Source of the DNA: Candidatus Latescibacterota bacterium
GTDB taxonomy: Bacteria > Latescibacterota > UBA2968
Direction: 5' to 3'
NCBI GenBank assembly: GCA_965204745.1
Contig: OZ242010.1
Location: 3,840,001-3,904,000, forward strand
Length of the DNA stretch: 64,000 nt
Below, in pieces: positions 48,301 through 57,683 of the stretch. The position numbers and the translations under genes are program-made. Below the pieces are notes generated by a model. It saw nothing but the letters and a program-made list of their open reading frames with translations. It searched no databases and was not told the DNA's origin. Numbering within the stretch: position 1 is the first letter of the stretch; every line of letters begins with the position of its first letter.

Positions 48301-48661
48301 CCTGGGCGGCTTGGGCCTGCTCTTGGGCACGCTCGGCTTGGGCATCGTCCTGTTGCGAAACGTCATCGAACGCCGCGGCGAATTGGCAATTCTGCGCGCC
48401 TTTGGCTTTCGCCGCGCCTTGCTCGCGCGCATGCTCCTCGCGGAAAACGGCTTTTTGATGCTCGCTGGCTTGGGCATCGGCAGCCTATCCGCGCTCATCG
48501 CCGTCGCCCCCCATCTCATCGCGCACGGCGCGTTGGTGCCTTGGGCATCCCTCGGCCTCACCCTCGCCCTCATCTACGCCACCGGCCTCATCGCCAGTGC
48601 AATCGCCGTCTCCTTCGCCCTCCGCGCTCCGCTCTTGCCCGCGTTGAAGCGGGAGATTTGA
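45356..48661 (+). CDS. ABC transporter permease with two FtsX domains
   Basis: AVLTGALIVGDS; EQRGKEVGL..G and ERRGELAILRAFGF. Confidence 0.88.
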   Translation: MLRSLTYFWRINLAVALGIAVGTAVLTGALIVGDSVRGSLKDLSLSRLGKIDHALVSERFFRAHLASDLKNALDDRFAAVVPAISLSGTAIHANARTRASRVQIQGIDHRFANLFDHPLPELERETTFPPVVINAALQRELDAQLGDPILLSFEQLGDIHRESLFGRTSDALQTVRLTLAAVLPDKGMGRFGLIARQTVPRNAYLSLPVLQRALGQPNRVNALFVSGAPNAASALQTALSQIATPDDLGLVIRRGADHFAIESTQFILKAHTAEAIQTLAADLDAPAMSILTYLANTAQIGTRELPYFTISALDIGPLGAFHLTSGSSQLGETDILLNAWAAEDLDAQVGDEVDLAYYEVAPGEKFLTRRATFQVKGIVAMTGLGADETLTPDYPGLADATNMADWEAPFPIDLNRVRPRDEDYWDLYRDAPKAFVSAGAGQRLWKSRFGAFTGIRIGPIAGQSLEATLGQFRDRLPRAIAPASVGLGFEPVMQRGIAASEGATDFSGLFIGFSQFLILSAALLVGLLFRLSVEQRGKEVGLRMVSGYAAKKIRRQFSREGLGLACVGGILGLAGGVGYAHLIMVGLRTHWVSAVGTSELALHIHAGSLLLGYAISLAVVLLAIWLTLRRLGNISIRALLAGITEGARAKPRTKGYALISLALAALALAGAVVVGPSEGATLFFVSGALWMVAGLCFLSRHLRRGPQALGKGTLGMGIQNSSRQPARSLACASLIGCACFVLVATGANRRADLGQNIGRDKASGTGGFALIAETDAPIYHDFHARSGQFELGFSQADADHLARAEIIPLRVLPGEDASCLNLYRPENPRVLGVPESLIQRGGFAFQQTAVENPWAALSRDLGAGVIPAIGDYNSAMWILHKQLGDEIAIKNDRGEDVTLRLVGLLKTSIFQSEVLISERHFLQHFPEQSGYRAFLIDAQRPDTLAALLENRLKDLGLDATPTAQKLAHFQTVENTYLATFQTLGGLGLLLGTLGLGIVLLRNVIERRGELAILRAFGFRRALLARMLLAENGFLMLAGLGIGSLSALIAVAPHLIAHGALVPWASLGLTLALIYATGLIASAIAVSFALRAPLLPALKREI

Positions 48662-48670
48662 CGCGCCCTG

Positions 48671-50209
48671 TCATGACCTTTCTTTGCTTTGCTTTTTCAG
48701 CACGAGTTCATAACACGCTGCTTCCCGATCATTTCGCACGAGCAAATAGGGTGCGGCAAACGCGGGGCTGTTCCACGTATGGCTGTTCAAAGCCGGAAAG
48801 CGCGCGCGTTCTCGGTGTGCATCGGGCGACGCATCCACGAGCGCGACCTCGCCGGATTCGGCTTGGATGAGCAACAGATCGCCCACCAAAATGAGTTGCC
48901 CGTGCCCATAGCGTCCGCGCTTCCAGGTGCGTTGTCCATCGCCGAGATCCAAACAGGTCAGAACCCCGTCATCTAGCCCGTACACGTACCCGTCTTTGTG
49001 AACCATATTCGCAAACTTGGCTTTGAGGCGCGGGCTTTTCCATAGCTGAGTCGCGCGCCATTCCCCGCCATCGCTTTGGGCAACTTGGATCAACGCGCTC
49101 CCAACGCCATACCCGGTCGAGACAAAAATCCGGTCGTCAGACAGGGGAATGGGTTGCGCCACATGCTGCGTTATCCCGCCCGCCCACGGATAGGTCCACA
49201 GCACCGCGCCAGACGCGGGATCGTGGCCCGCGACTTGTCCCAAATTAAAAATGAGCACTTGATCCATCCCACCTATCGCGGCCAAACTCGGGGAACTGTG
49301 CCCGGCTCTTGCGCGCCCGCCGCCCCAAATCACGTCGCCGGTCTCGCGATGATACGCCATCAGGGACTGCTCGTTTTGACCGCCCGGACTCGCGATCACC
49401 TTATCGCCGATCACCAAAGGCGACCCGCTCATGCCCCATTCCTTCACGCGCGCGCCGACTTCCTTCACCGTATCGCGCGCCCAAATTTCTCGGCCCGTGT
49501 CCAAATCCAGACACGTCAGTATCCCGGTCGCGCCAAAAGCGTAAACGCGATTTCCCGCCACCGTGGGCGTAGCCCTCGGCCCAATGCCCGCTATCGCGGT
49601 TTCGTAACGCGCCCGCGCTCGATGGCGCCACTTCTCCTTCCCGGTCAACACATCGTAGCACACCACCGTCTCATCCTCGCCCTGCTGTTCCTGCGTCAGC
49701 GCGGATCGTCCCACAATCGCAAACGATGACCACGCCTCTCCAACCGGCACGCGCCAGAGCAACTTGGGCGGATATCGAACCCAATCGGTCTCCAGTTCAA
49801 CACCCGTCAAAATGCCATTGCGGTCAGGCCCTAAAAACTGCGGATAGTCCATCTCGGGATCACTGGAAAATTGACCCGCCCCAGACACCGATGCGACAGA
49901 AGACCAACGCCACGCCACATGAGGCGCCAAATCGCCCGTAAAACCGCGCACCTGAAACGAGACAACGCCCAAGCCGAGCACGAGAATCAGCGCGCCCAAC
50001 CCCTGCAAGCGGACTTTCCACCGCAATCGGGAAAACGCAAAAAACCAGAGACAGAGCAACGCGGAGCCGACCAGGCAGATCAGCATCGTCGGCATCACCT
50101 GCATCTGGCGATTCGGCCTGTCGGGAATCCAGATCATCGCCAACCCGACAATCATCAACGCGCCGATCAAAACAGCCGGCCACCAGCGAATGGATTTTGA
50201 AACGGGCAT
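48671..50209 (-). CDS. Membrane-anchored PQQ-like beta-propeller protein
   Basis: 3 TM segments; PQFLGPDRNG; repeated LDxxTGxxxW. Confidence 0.82.
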   Translation of the reverse strand: MPVSKSIRWWPAVLIGALMIVGLAMIWIPDRPNRQMQVMPTMLICLVGSALLCLWFFAFSRLRWKVRLQGLGALILVLGLGVVSFQVRGFTGDLAPHVAWRWSSVASVSGAGQFSSDPEMDYPQFLGPDRNGILTGVELETDWVRYPPKLLWRVPVGEAWSSFAIVGRSALTQEQQGEDETVVCYDVLTGKEKWRHRARARYETAIAGIGPRATPTVAGNRVYAFGATGILTCLDLDTGREIWARDTVKEVGARVKEWGMSGSPLVIGDKVIASPGGQNEQSLMAYHRETGDVIWGGGRARAGHSSPSLAAIGGMDQVLIFNLGQVAGHDPASGAVLWTYPWAGGITQHVAQPIPLSDDRIFVSTGYGVGSALIQVAQSDGGEWRATQLWKSPRLKAKFANMVHKDGYVYGLDDGVLTCLDLGDGQRTWKRGRYGHGQLILVGDLLLIQAESGEVALVDASPDAHRERARFPALNSHTWNSPAFAAPYLLVRNDREAACYELVLKKQSKERS

Positions 50210-50248
50210 AACAAGTCCTTTCAAAAGAGAGGTGAGACGGGAGAGGTA

Positions 50249-51544
50249 AGATACTCTCTTAAAAGGTCAAGGGGTTTTCGGGGTGATTCGATAGAATTTT
50301 TCGCCCTCAAAATCTTGGTCATGGCGCAACATGCCCCAGATCGAATGGAGCAACTTTCGCATCACCGCAACGATAGCCTGCAAAGGTTTCTTGCCGCGGG
50401 CGATGAGTTGGTCATAGAAGGCTTTGACATGGCCTTCGTGTCTGATGGCCACCCAGGCAGGCATATAGAGGGCATGGCGGAGGTACTTATTCCCGGTTTT
50501 CGAGATGCGTCTTTGTGGATTGGCGGTTCCGGATTGTTTGGGTTTGGGATCCAGGCCTGCATGTGCGACCCACTGGGGCGGTTTGCATCTCCTCTGGCAA
50601 AAGGGTCAACTCGGCCAAGAGCCGCAAGGCACTCGTTTGCGCGATGCCAGGCGTCGAGCAGAGGCGTTGGTAGGCACGCTTGAGGGGCTCATCGTGCAAA
50701 ACGAGATCGAGGGCTTGGCTTTCCAAGTATGCAATCCGGCGTTTGAAGTGTCGAATATTCACCTGAATATCGCGTGCGATGAGACGTGTGCTGCGGATGT
50801 GGTAGCTCTGCGCGTGGTTGCGGCTCTGTTCGCGGATGATCTCCTGCTTGAGTTGGTCAATGCGTCTGGTGAGGGCTTGCAGTTGAAGCCGTTGCTCGCT
50901 CGGCGCTTGCCAAGGCACAAAAGGCATGCGCTCGGCATAGTCGAGGATCAACAACGCATCCTTCGCATCCGTCTTCGCCCGTTGCATGCAGGCTTGGGCG
51001 TACTTGCTCATCGCTTTGGGATTGACGACCATGACCTTTGTGTGGCGATGCCGATGCAAGGCCAAGGCCACCCCCAAACTGTAAAGCCCGGTCGCTTCGA
51101 GGCACACAGAGACCATGTGCCCGCCCTTCGTGAGCCACTTCAGCAACCGCTTATGCGCTTGGGGATCATTGGCAAAGGTCGCTTGCATGACAGCTTGTCC
51201 GGGTCTGGACAGGGCAACGGACAACGTGCGGGCACTGACATCAATGCCGGCAAAAGCGGGGTGAGATTTCGACATGGGGGCCTCCTGTGATGAGGGGGTT
51301 GTAAGGGATCTGGTGCGCGCTCGGGGTCGCGTCCCGACCATTGACGCCAAGTCTACCGGTCTTGTATATGCAGCCTCAAGGGGCTTAGATACTCTTCGGC
51401 ATAGACCCGGCGGTCGGGGGGCCTATCTTACCTACAAGGTCATCGCCTTCAAGAGGGGCCGGCCTTCCCCGAGCCGGGCATCAAGATGGCTTATCTCGAT
51501 ACGAGGGCGCAACTCCTAATTAACCCTTACTTCCAAGATACAAG
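50249..51544 (-). mobile_element. IS110-family element, copy 2
   Basis: Matches copy 1 apart from a 1-bp insertion near 50582; flank AGGTAAG..AGGGG. Confidence 0.92.
50267..51275 (-). pseudogene. IS110 recombinase with a 1-bp frameshift
   Basis: GGGCGGTTTGC versus GGGCGGTTGC; ORF split into 287-aa and 65-aa pieces. Confidence 0.85.
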
Positions 51545-51604
51545 AGGGGAGAGGGTTGGTCAGTTCCAGTTCATCCTCAAGTTGTCAGTTGTCAGCGGAA
51601 CGCC

Positions 51605-51667
51605 AGGGCTTGATTTTCTCGATAAACCGTTCAAGCCGGTGCATGGCCCGTAAATGTCAACACAACC
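51605..51667. mobile_element. MITE family A single-end remnant
   Basis: AGGGCTTGATTTTCTCGATAAACCG..AAATGTCAACACAACC-TA. Confidence 0.7.
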
Positions 51668-51725
51668 TAGCCACGAGCGGGGTACATCTAACGACAGCCA
51701 GAGAACGGCGTATAACTGCGTTTGT

Positions 51726-52397
51726 TCAAAATCTCGTTTTTAACGCGACCATTGTCCGACCCTGCATATCGACAGGCGCGATGTCGATCCACATGCGAGG
51801 GCCGGTTTGTTTTTTCAGGGTGCGCGTGTAGGCAGAGGCGTGGATTGCGCTGGCGATGTGGTTGAGCACGGCGAGGCCCGTGACGAGCGACGCACGTTTG
51901 AGGTATTTGTTGCTGTCGTTGCGCCGGGTTTCATACGCCTGCCTGCGCGCGGATTGCACGCTCGTGTTGTCGGTTGTAAATTCAGAGGGCGCGTCGTCCC
52001 AGCCATAGACGAACTGGTGGTATTTGCCGATGAGTTCGTAGTACTGTTGCGTGTCGTCCTCTTTGGAGGGCAATGCGTGGGTTTCGTGATAGGGGTCGTC
52101 CTGCCGCCTGTTGAAGTCCCGCCATGCCCTGTACCGCGCTGCGTTCCAATGCTGGTCCGCGTACGCGCGAAATTCCGCTTTGATGTCATTCCCCTTGCCC
52201 CGCCATGAAATATAGGCCGTCCATGTGAGGGCCTCCGCGCTCATAAATCCAACCCCTCGCCATTTGGCCCCGGCATACCACTCACCCAACCCCGGCACGA
52301 GCAACGAGAGAAAGAAAGCCGTCTTCGGCGATTTTTCCGCATGCACCTGCCCGCACATCAGGGCAAACGCGAATGCGTAGAGGGTAAATTTTCGCAT
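51726..52397 (-). CDS. Exported hypothetical protein (DUF5683-like N-terminus)
   Basis: Signal peptide; KSPKTAFFLSLLVPGLGEWYAG. Confidence 0.65.
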   Translation of the reverse strand: MRKFTLYAFAFALMCGQVHAEKSPKTAFFLSLLVPGLGEWYAGAKWRGVGFMSAEALTWTAYISWRGKGNDIKAEFRAYADQHWNAARYRAWRDFNRRQDDPYHETHALPSKEDDTQQYYELIGKYHQFVYGWDDAPSEFTTDNTSVQSARRQAYETRRNDSNKYLKRASLVTGLAVLNHIASAIHASAYTRTLKKQTGPRMWIDIAPVDMQGRTMVALKTRF

Positions 52398-52527
52398 GGG
52401 GAAAACTCCTTTTTTTCAGCCATCCGCGTCATCTGCATTCTTATGCGAATGTCTTTGCCTCGTTGTGGCTTACTCGCCCTTTTGTATTTTGAACTGGCTG
52501 TCGCCAGTTGTACCCCGCTCGTGGCTA

Positions 52528-52868
52528 GGTTGTGTTGACATTTTATTTTTTTCACGTTACTCACAGAGTAGCAACTGTGTTGCTTGCTGATTTAATGCGT
52601 CTGGTCCTTTGATGGCTTATATCTCTGGTTGCTCTGATGGCGTTGTGCGAGGGGACCTATCCCCCGGCCCCTTTCCTACGAGGAAAGGGGAGTAAAGCAC
52701 CTTTGATGGCTTAGGTTGCTCTGATGGCGTTGACCGAGGGCATAAAGCGATCAGAAATCCCTCATCAATCCCCTCGCAAAACCGCTCACAGTTCCCCCCT
52801 TCCTCGCAGGAAGGGGGGTTAGGGGGGTAGGTCCCGATGTTGCAGGGCCCGTAAATGTCAACACAACT
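52528..52868. mobile_element. MITE family A, copy 3 (inverted relative to copy 2)
   Basis: TIRs and TA flanks; interior is the reverse complement of 42.8-43.1 kb. Confidence 0.82.
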
Positions 52869-52900
52869 TAATTTTTTCCGCGTCCTCCGCTTAATCGCCT

Positions 52901-55900
52901 TTAATCCGCGATCCGTTTTTCCTCCGCGATCAGGTTTTCAAAATACCGTCGGATGAGGGCTTGGTACTCGGCGGAGTAGCCTTGTTTGAGGGCGTCGCGC
53001 ATCAGGCGGCGCAGGGGATTGTCCGCTTCGCCCAAATTTGCGGGGAGCGATCCCGGCCCGCGATAGGTGATGTTTTCGCCCGTGCGCGCTTGGCGTTTTT
53101 TGCTCTTGCCGCGCTCGCGCATGGCGCGTTGCGCGTCGAGCAAGCGAGAGAGGATTTGTCGTTGTCGCGTGAGGGTTTGGGGCGAGATCTGTCGTTGCGC
53201 GAGTTCGCGGGCCGTTTCGCGCATGTCGCCTGCGATTTTGCCCAGGTCCCCGAGCATCTCGCGCCGTTGTTGGGCCAATTCGTCTCGCAGGGCATCGAGC
53301 GCGTCTTGAATGGCGCGTTGTTGGGCCGCGAGGCGTTGCCATGAGGGTTGTTGCCCGGGTCGTCCAAAGAGATTTTCGGTTTGGTCATTGACGTCGCCTT
53401 GTCGTTGGGCGAGGGCGGCCATTTGTGCCATCATTTCTTCAAAGCCGGTGCCGGATTGCGAGGCCGCGAGTTGGCCCAGCGCGCCTTGTACCATCATCGC
53501 GGCAGTGTTGAGCGCGCCCATGGCCTCGCGGGCGAGTTGGGGTGCTCGATCGGCGTGGCCCGCGTTGAGGTGCTCGGCGGCTTCTTCCATTTTGTTCAGG
53601 GCATTGCCCAATGCGGCTTGCGCCCTTGGCGGGAGGAAAAAGCTCTTGCGCGACGCGTCGAGCATGCGGCCCGCCATGCGCGATGCCCCCGCGATGGTGC
53701 GTGCTTGATCCCGGGCGAGGGGTGCGGTTTCGCTGCGGTCTCGCGCTTCATCTGCGCGTTGTGCCGTGCGTTCTTGGGCGCGGGACAAGGCGAGCAAGTC
53801 GTGCAAGACCCGGTTGAGGTCGCGGGCGACTTCGTCTTTTTGCCGCTGGATAAATCGCTGGCGCGCGTCCGCAAATCGCTGGCTGAGGGCTTGCAAATCC
53901 CCGGCGATGGCATCGCTTTTTTGTCGCGCGCTTTGCCGTTGCCCAAACGCCAAGTCCTCGCGCACGCGATCCATGCGGTCGGAAAATTTCTCGCGGCGCA
54001 TGGCGTCGGCGATGCGGTCGAGGTCGCTCGCGGTGGGGTTGTCCATCTCCTGCGCGGCGCGGTGCAATTCTCGGCGCAACTGCTCGGTGTCGCGGGCGAT
54101 TTGCACTTGCCTGCGCGCGAGGTCATCTGCGGGGGCGCGTTCCATGTGCTGCGTGAGTTGGCCTTGGGCGCGGGCGAGTTCTTCGAGTTTTTGGCCGAGC
54201 GCGTCCAGGGTTTGTTGCTGGCGCACGCGCTGGAGCAAGGCCAGGGCGCGGTCGATGCCCTCGTGAAATTTTTCGCGCTCATTCTGAAATTCCGCGAGGG
54301 CTTCGCGCACCATGTCCGCGTCTGCGTTTTGAACGGCTTCGTCCAATTTTTTCATCACTTCCATCAGTTCGGGCGTGCGAATTTGCGAGAGCAAGTCGTG
54401 CAATTCGTCGAGTTTTTGCAAGGTGTCGTCCTCGAGCAACCCGCTGTCTTCGAGTTGGTCGAGGGCGCGGTCGAGTTGCTCGGCGGTGGCTTGGATTTCG
54501 TCGGCGAGTTCGGCCTGCGTTTGGAGTGCTTTTTCAAATTCGCGTTTTTCCTGCCAGTCCAGCGCGTCTTTGGACATGAGTTGCCGCGCCAAGTCTTGCA
54601 GGCGTCGGTCGAGGTCGCGCCCGCGTTCTTGAACGCTTTCGATGTGATCGATGCTCTCGCGCTGCGTTTTCTCTGCGGCTTCGTGGATTTCAAACAAACT
54701 GGGCAAGCGAATGGTGAAGGTGGCGGTTTCGGCATAAGACGGGGTGGGATTGTTGTCGTACGCACGGACGCGGTACGACACGCGGTCCCCCGGCAGCAGG
54801 TTGAGACCAGCCATGTCCCAGTGGTAAGCCGCCTCGACTTCGCGGCCTGGGGACATGGCGATGGGAATGACCTGCGGTTGGCCGGTGTGGTCCACCGCGT
54901 CATAACGCAGTTCAAGGCGGGAAACGCCGTAGTCGTCAAAGGCTTCGGCCAGCAGGGAAACGCGCAGGGACTCGGTGAGATCGACATCGCGGCCCGGATG
55001 CAACAACCGCACCTCTGGGGGATGATCGGGCAGGGCGACGACGCGGTAGGAAACCGGATCCTCGTTGCCGACCATGTGGGCGTCTCGCATCACAACGCGG
55101 TAACGCCCGTCTTTTGCCACTGTGAAGACCACCTGTGCGCGGGACGAATCCACCGCGGCGGGCAGGCGGGATGAGTCGTCAAAAACGAGGGTTGCGGTTT
55201 CGATAGACTTGTTGGCCTCGATGGTCAGCGCGACCTCTGTGCCGGTTGGGACGACGATATCCCCGCCTTGTTGATCGATGCGGTCGGGCAAATGGGTATG
55301 CGGCGGGAACCGGTCATCGTGCGAGATGCGCGTGACGATGGGGCGCGGGTGTACGCTCGCGGTGTAAATCGGGGTTTGCGCGTCGTGGGCAGACAGGCGG
55401 TAGTCGAAGGATCGCGTGACCGCGGGAAAGCGATGAGACGCGGTGGTTTGTTTGACCGGCAAGACAAATGATGCCCATGATTGCGCGCCCGCTTCGCGGA
55501 TGTACAGCCGGGCATTGCGCGGGACGACGCCGGACAGGTGCGCGGTGATGGCGAGCGGCTCGCCTCCGACGACCTCGACATGGCCCGGGCGCAATGCGAT
55601 GTGCGTATCGGGCGGGCGGGTATAGTGCGTTTGCGGAGTTGCGAGGCGTTGCGCTGCGCCGGCCAGTGCGGTGGGCCACAGCGCGTGGAGCAACAGGGCC
55701 ACCACCGCGAGCGCGATGGTCGCCATTGCTGCGCGAATTGGGGGCTTGCGGTCGATGAGCGTTTCAAACGCGAGGTGCTGCGTGGCTTCTTCGGCTTGGA
55801 TGATCGCGGCATCGACCAATGCGGTGGCGTGCCCGTCGCGGTCGCGGTGCCGCCACAACTGGAGCGCGTTGATCAAGTGTTGTTGCAACCCCCCGAAATG

Positions 55901-56188
55901 GCGTTCCACGCGCAGGGCGATCTCGTCGAGCCTCGGCGGCCTGACGATGGGCATGACGCAGAAGTACCCGATGAGGAACGCGACGCACAACGCGCACGCG
56001 CCTTCCAAAATGAGCTTGAGGATCGGACGCAGGTAAAAGATGGATTCGAGCGCGATGAGCACAAGGCCCGCGCCGAGCGCAAAGGCCAGCGCGATGCCCA
56101 TGCCCGTCAGCACCCGATTCGCGGCGATCAATGCGCGTAATCGCGTGAGCCGTTGCGCGAGTTTTTGATGTGCGGATTGTGCAGTCAT
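52901..56188 (-). CDS. DUF4175-like membrane protein with Ig-like domains and a long coiled coil
   Basis: 3 TM segments, DDYGV, RVRAYDN, Gln-rich tail; follows the DUF4159 gene. Confidence 0.75.
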   Translation of the reverse strand: MTAQSAHQKLAQRLTRLRALIAANRVLTGMGIALAFALGAGLVLIALESIFYLRPILKLILEGACALCVAFLIGYFCVMPIVRPPRLDEIALRVERHFGGLQQHLINALQLWRHRDRDGHATALVDAAIIQAEEATQHLAFETLIDRKPPIRAAMATIALAVVALLLHALWPTALAGAAQRLATPQTHYTRPPDTHIALRPGHVEVVGGEPLAITAHLSGVVPRNARLYIREAGAQSWASFVLPVKQTTASHRFPAVTRSFDYRLSAHDAQTPIYTASVHPRPIVTRISHDDRFPPHTHLPDRIDQQGGDIVVPTGTEVALTIEANKSIETATLVFDDSSRLPAAVDSSRAQVVFTVAKDGRYRVVMRDAHMVGNEDPVSYRVVALPDHPPEVRLLHPGRDVDLTESLRVSLLAEAFDDYGVSRLELRYDAVDHTGQPQVIPIAMSPGREVEAAYHWDMAGLNLLPGDRVSYRVRAYDNNPTPSYAETATFTIRLPSLFEIHEAAEKTQRESIDHIESVQERGRDLDRRLQDLARQLMSKDALDWQEKREFEKALQTQAELADEIQATAEQLDRALDQLEDSGLLEDDTLQKLDELHDLLSQIRTPELMEVMKKLDEAVQNADADMVREALAEFQNEREKFHEGIDRALALLQRVRQQQTLDALGQKLEELARAQGQLTQHMERAPADDLARRQVQIARDTEQLRRELHRAAQEMDNPTASDLDRIADAMRREKFSDRMDRVREDLAFGQRQSARQKSDAIAGDLQALSQRFADARQRFIQRQKDEVARDLNRVLHDLLALSRAQERTAQRADEARDRSETAPLARDQARTIAGASRMAGRMLDASRKSFFLPPRAQAALGNALNKMEEAAEHLNAGHADRAPQLAREAMGALNTAAMMVQGALGQLAASQSGTGFEEMMAQMAALAQRQGDVNDQTENLFGRPGQQPSWQRLAAQQRAIQDALDALRDELAQQRREMLGDLGKIAGDMRETARELAQRQISPQTLTRQRQILSRLLDAQRAMRERGKSKKRQARTGENITYRGPGSLPANLGEADNPLRRLMRDALKQGYSAEYQALIRRYFENLIAEEKRIAD

Positions 56189-56256
56189 TGGAATCAGTGG
56201 TTGGTGGTCGGCGGTTAAGTCCTCGTCCATCCGCCTTCTGAATCGGAATTTGGAAT

Positions 56257-56919
56257 TTAATGCATGAGTGCCCAGACGATGACGTTGACGCCCATTTTGA
56301 GGGCTTCGCGTCTTTTTTCGGGCGGGTCATTGTGGACGTCGGGATCGTCCCACCCATCGGCGATGTCGCTGCTCACGTTGTAAAAGACGATCAGGCGGCC
56401 TTCGTGGAACAGGCCCCAAGCCTGCGGGGGATCGCCGTCGTGTTCGTGGATTTTGGGCAAGCCGTTTGGAAAGGAGAACGGCGTTTGAAAGAGGCCATAA
56501 GACGGGGGCAGTTGCACGAGTTCCTTGTCCGGAAATGCGCGGTGAAGTTCTCGGCGAAAGGATTTGTCCAACCCGTAGTCGTCGTTGGCAAAGAGAAATC
56601 CCCCGCGCTCGAGGTACAGGCGCAGGCGGCGCAGTTCTTCTTCGGAGAATCGGATGTTCCCGTGGCCCGTGAGGAACAGCACGGGATAGGCGAAGAGGTG
56701 GTCGTCTGTCAGCGCGACTTGGGCTTCTTGTTCCGCGGTGCGAATGGGCGTGTGTTGCGCGATAAATGCGAGCAAATTGGGAATTTCCGTCGGGCCGTTG
56801 TACCAGTCGCCGCCGCCGTCGTACTTGAGGCGGGCGATAGTAAATGCCGCGGGCGGCTCGCGCAGTTGGGCCACGCAGGGCGCGGCGAGCATGAGAATGA
56901 AAATGAGAAAATGGCGCAT
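56257..56919 (-). CDS. DUF4159-domain protein
   Basis: ARLKYDGGGDWY, YLERGGFLFANDDYG, MGVN. Confidence 0.82.
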   Translation of the reverse strand: MRHFLIFILMLAAPCVAQLREPPAAFTIARLKYDGGGDWYNGPTEIPNLLAFIAQHTPIRTAEQEAQVALTDDHLFAYPVLFLTGHGNIRFSEEELRRLRLYLERGGFLFANDDYGLDKSFRRELHRAFPDKELVQLPPSYGLFQTPFSFPNGLPKIHEHDGDPPQAWGLFHEGRLIVFYNVSSDIADGWDDPDVHNDPPEKRREALKMGVNVIVWALMH

Positions 56920-56955
56920 GGTTTTTAGAACGTTGGAAAGAGGCGCGGAGTTCCA

Positions 56956-57279
56956 CTATGGGGCCGTGCGATGGGGTTCGATTTGCAGGAACGTGTACGT
57001 GCAATCGAAATCGACTTCTGACAAACACCGCTTGTCAATGGGAAATGCCGCGCATTGTTGGGGGCGGTTTTCGTAGATGCTACACAGGGTATCCCCGGTT
57101 TCGCTTTTGATGAGAAACGGGCATTTGAACAGCAACTCACAGCAGTTGCCACACTGGTTGCACTCGCCCTGCCTGCGTTCAACCTGCTGCGCGACATACG
57201 CCTTGCGAAACCACACCAGCCAAAATCGCCGCATCTTGCCGATGCCCTGTTCGCACAATTTGCCAAATGTTTTGGTCAT
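56956..57279 (-). CDS. Small cysteine-cluster (Fe-S/Zn, YkgJ-like) protein
   Basis: CNQCGNCC, CPFL, CSIYENRPQQCAAFP. Confidence 0.75.
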   Translation of the reverse strand: MTKTFGKLCEQGIGKMRRFWLVWFRKAYVAQQVERRQGECNQCGNCCELLFKCPFLIKSETGDTLCSIYENRPQQCAAFPIDKRCLSEVDFDCTYTFLQIEPHRTAP

Positions 57280-57298
57280 GGAGAGTCCTGGGAAGTGG

Positions 57299-57676
57299 TC
57301 AGTAGTCAGCGATCAGCCCCGCCAAAAGCATGGGCAAAGCGAGGAGTTCGCGTTTGAGCGGATCGAGAACATAGCCCAAGGCTTCGAGGGTGACGACACC
57401 CAAGAGATTGCTGTCCCCCGGTTCGCCAAAGATGACGGGCGAGGCGCCACGGTGGGCTTTGTAGCGAAACAGCGCGTCTCCCATGTCGCGTTCAATCCTA
57501 TCGCCATTTGCCAGCGTGAAGGTTCGGCGGGAATGCGGTTGGATGCCCAAGGCTTCTAGCACGGGCCGTTGCACCACAGAGTAGATCGCGCCCGAGTCGA
57601 TGAGAAAGTGCTCGGTTTGAAAGGTTTCTGCGTGCGCGGGGTTGGCGATGTCGATGTCGAGAAATACGAGTCCCAT
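57299..57676 (-). CDS. Clan AA (retropepsin-like) aspartyl protease
   Basis: FLIDSGA, LANG, LLGVVTLE. Confidence 0.82.
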   Translation of the reverse strand: MGLVFLDIDIANPAHAETFQTEHFLIDSGAIYSVVQRPVLEALGIQPHSRRTFTLANGDRIERDMGDALFRYKAHRGASPVIFGEPGDSNLLGVVTLEALGYVLDPLKRELLALPMLLAGLIADY

Positions 57677-57683
57677 ACTTCGG

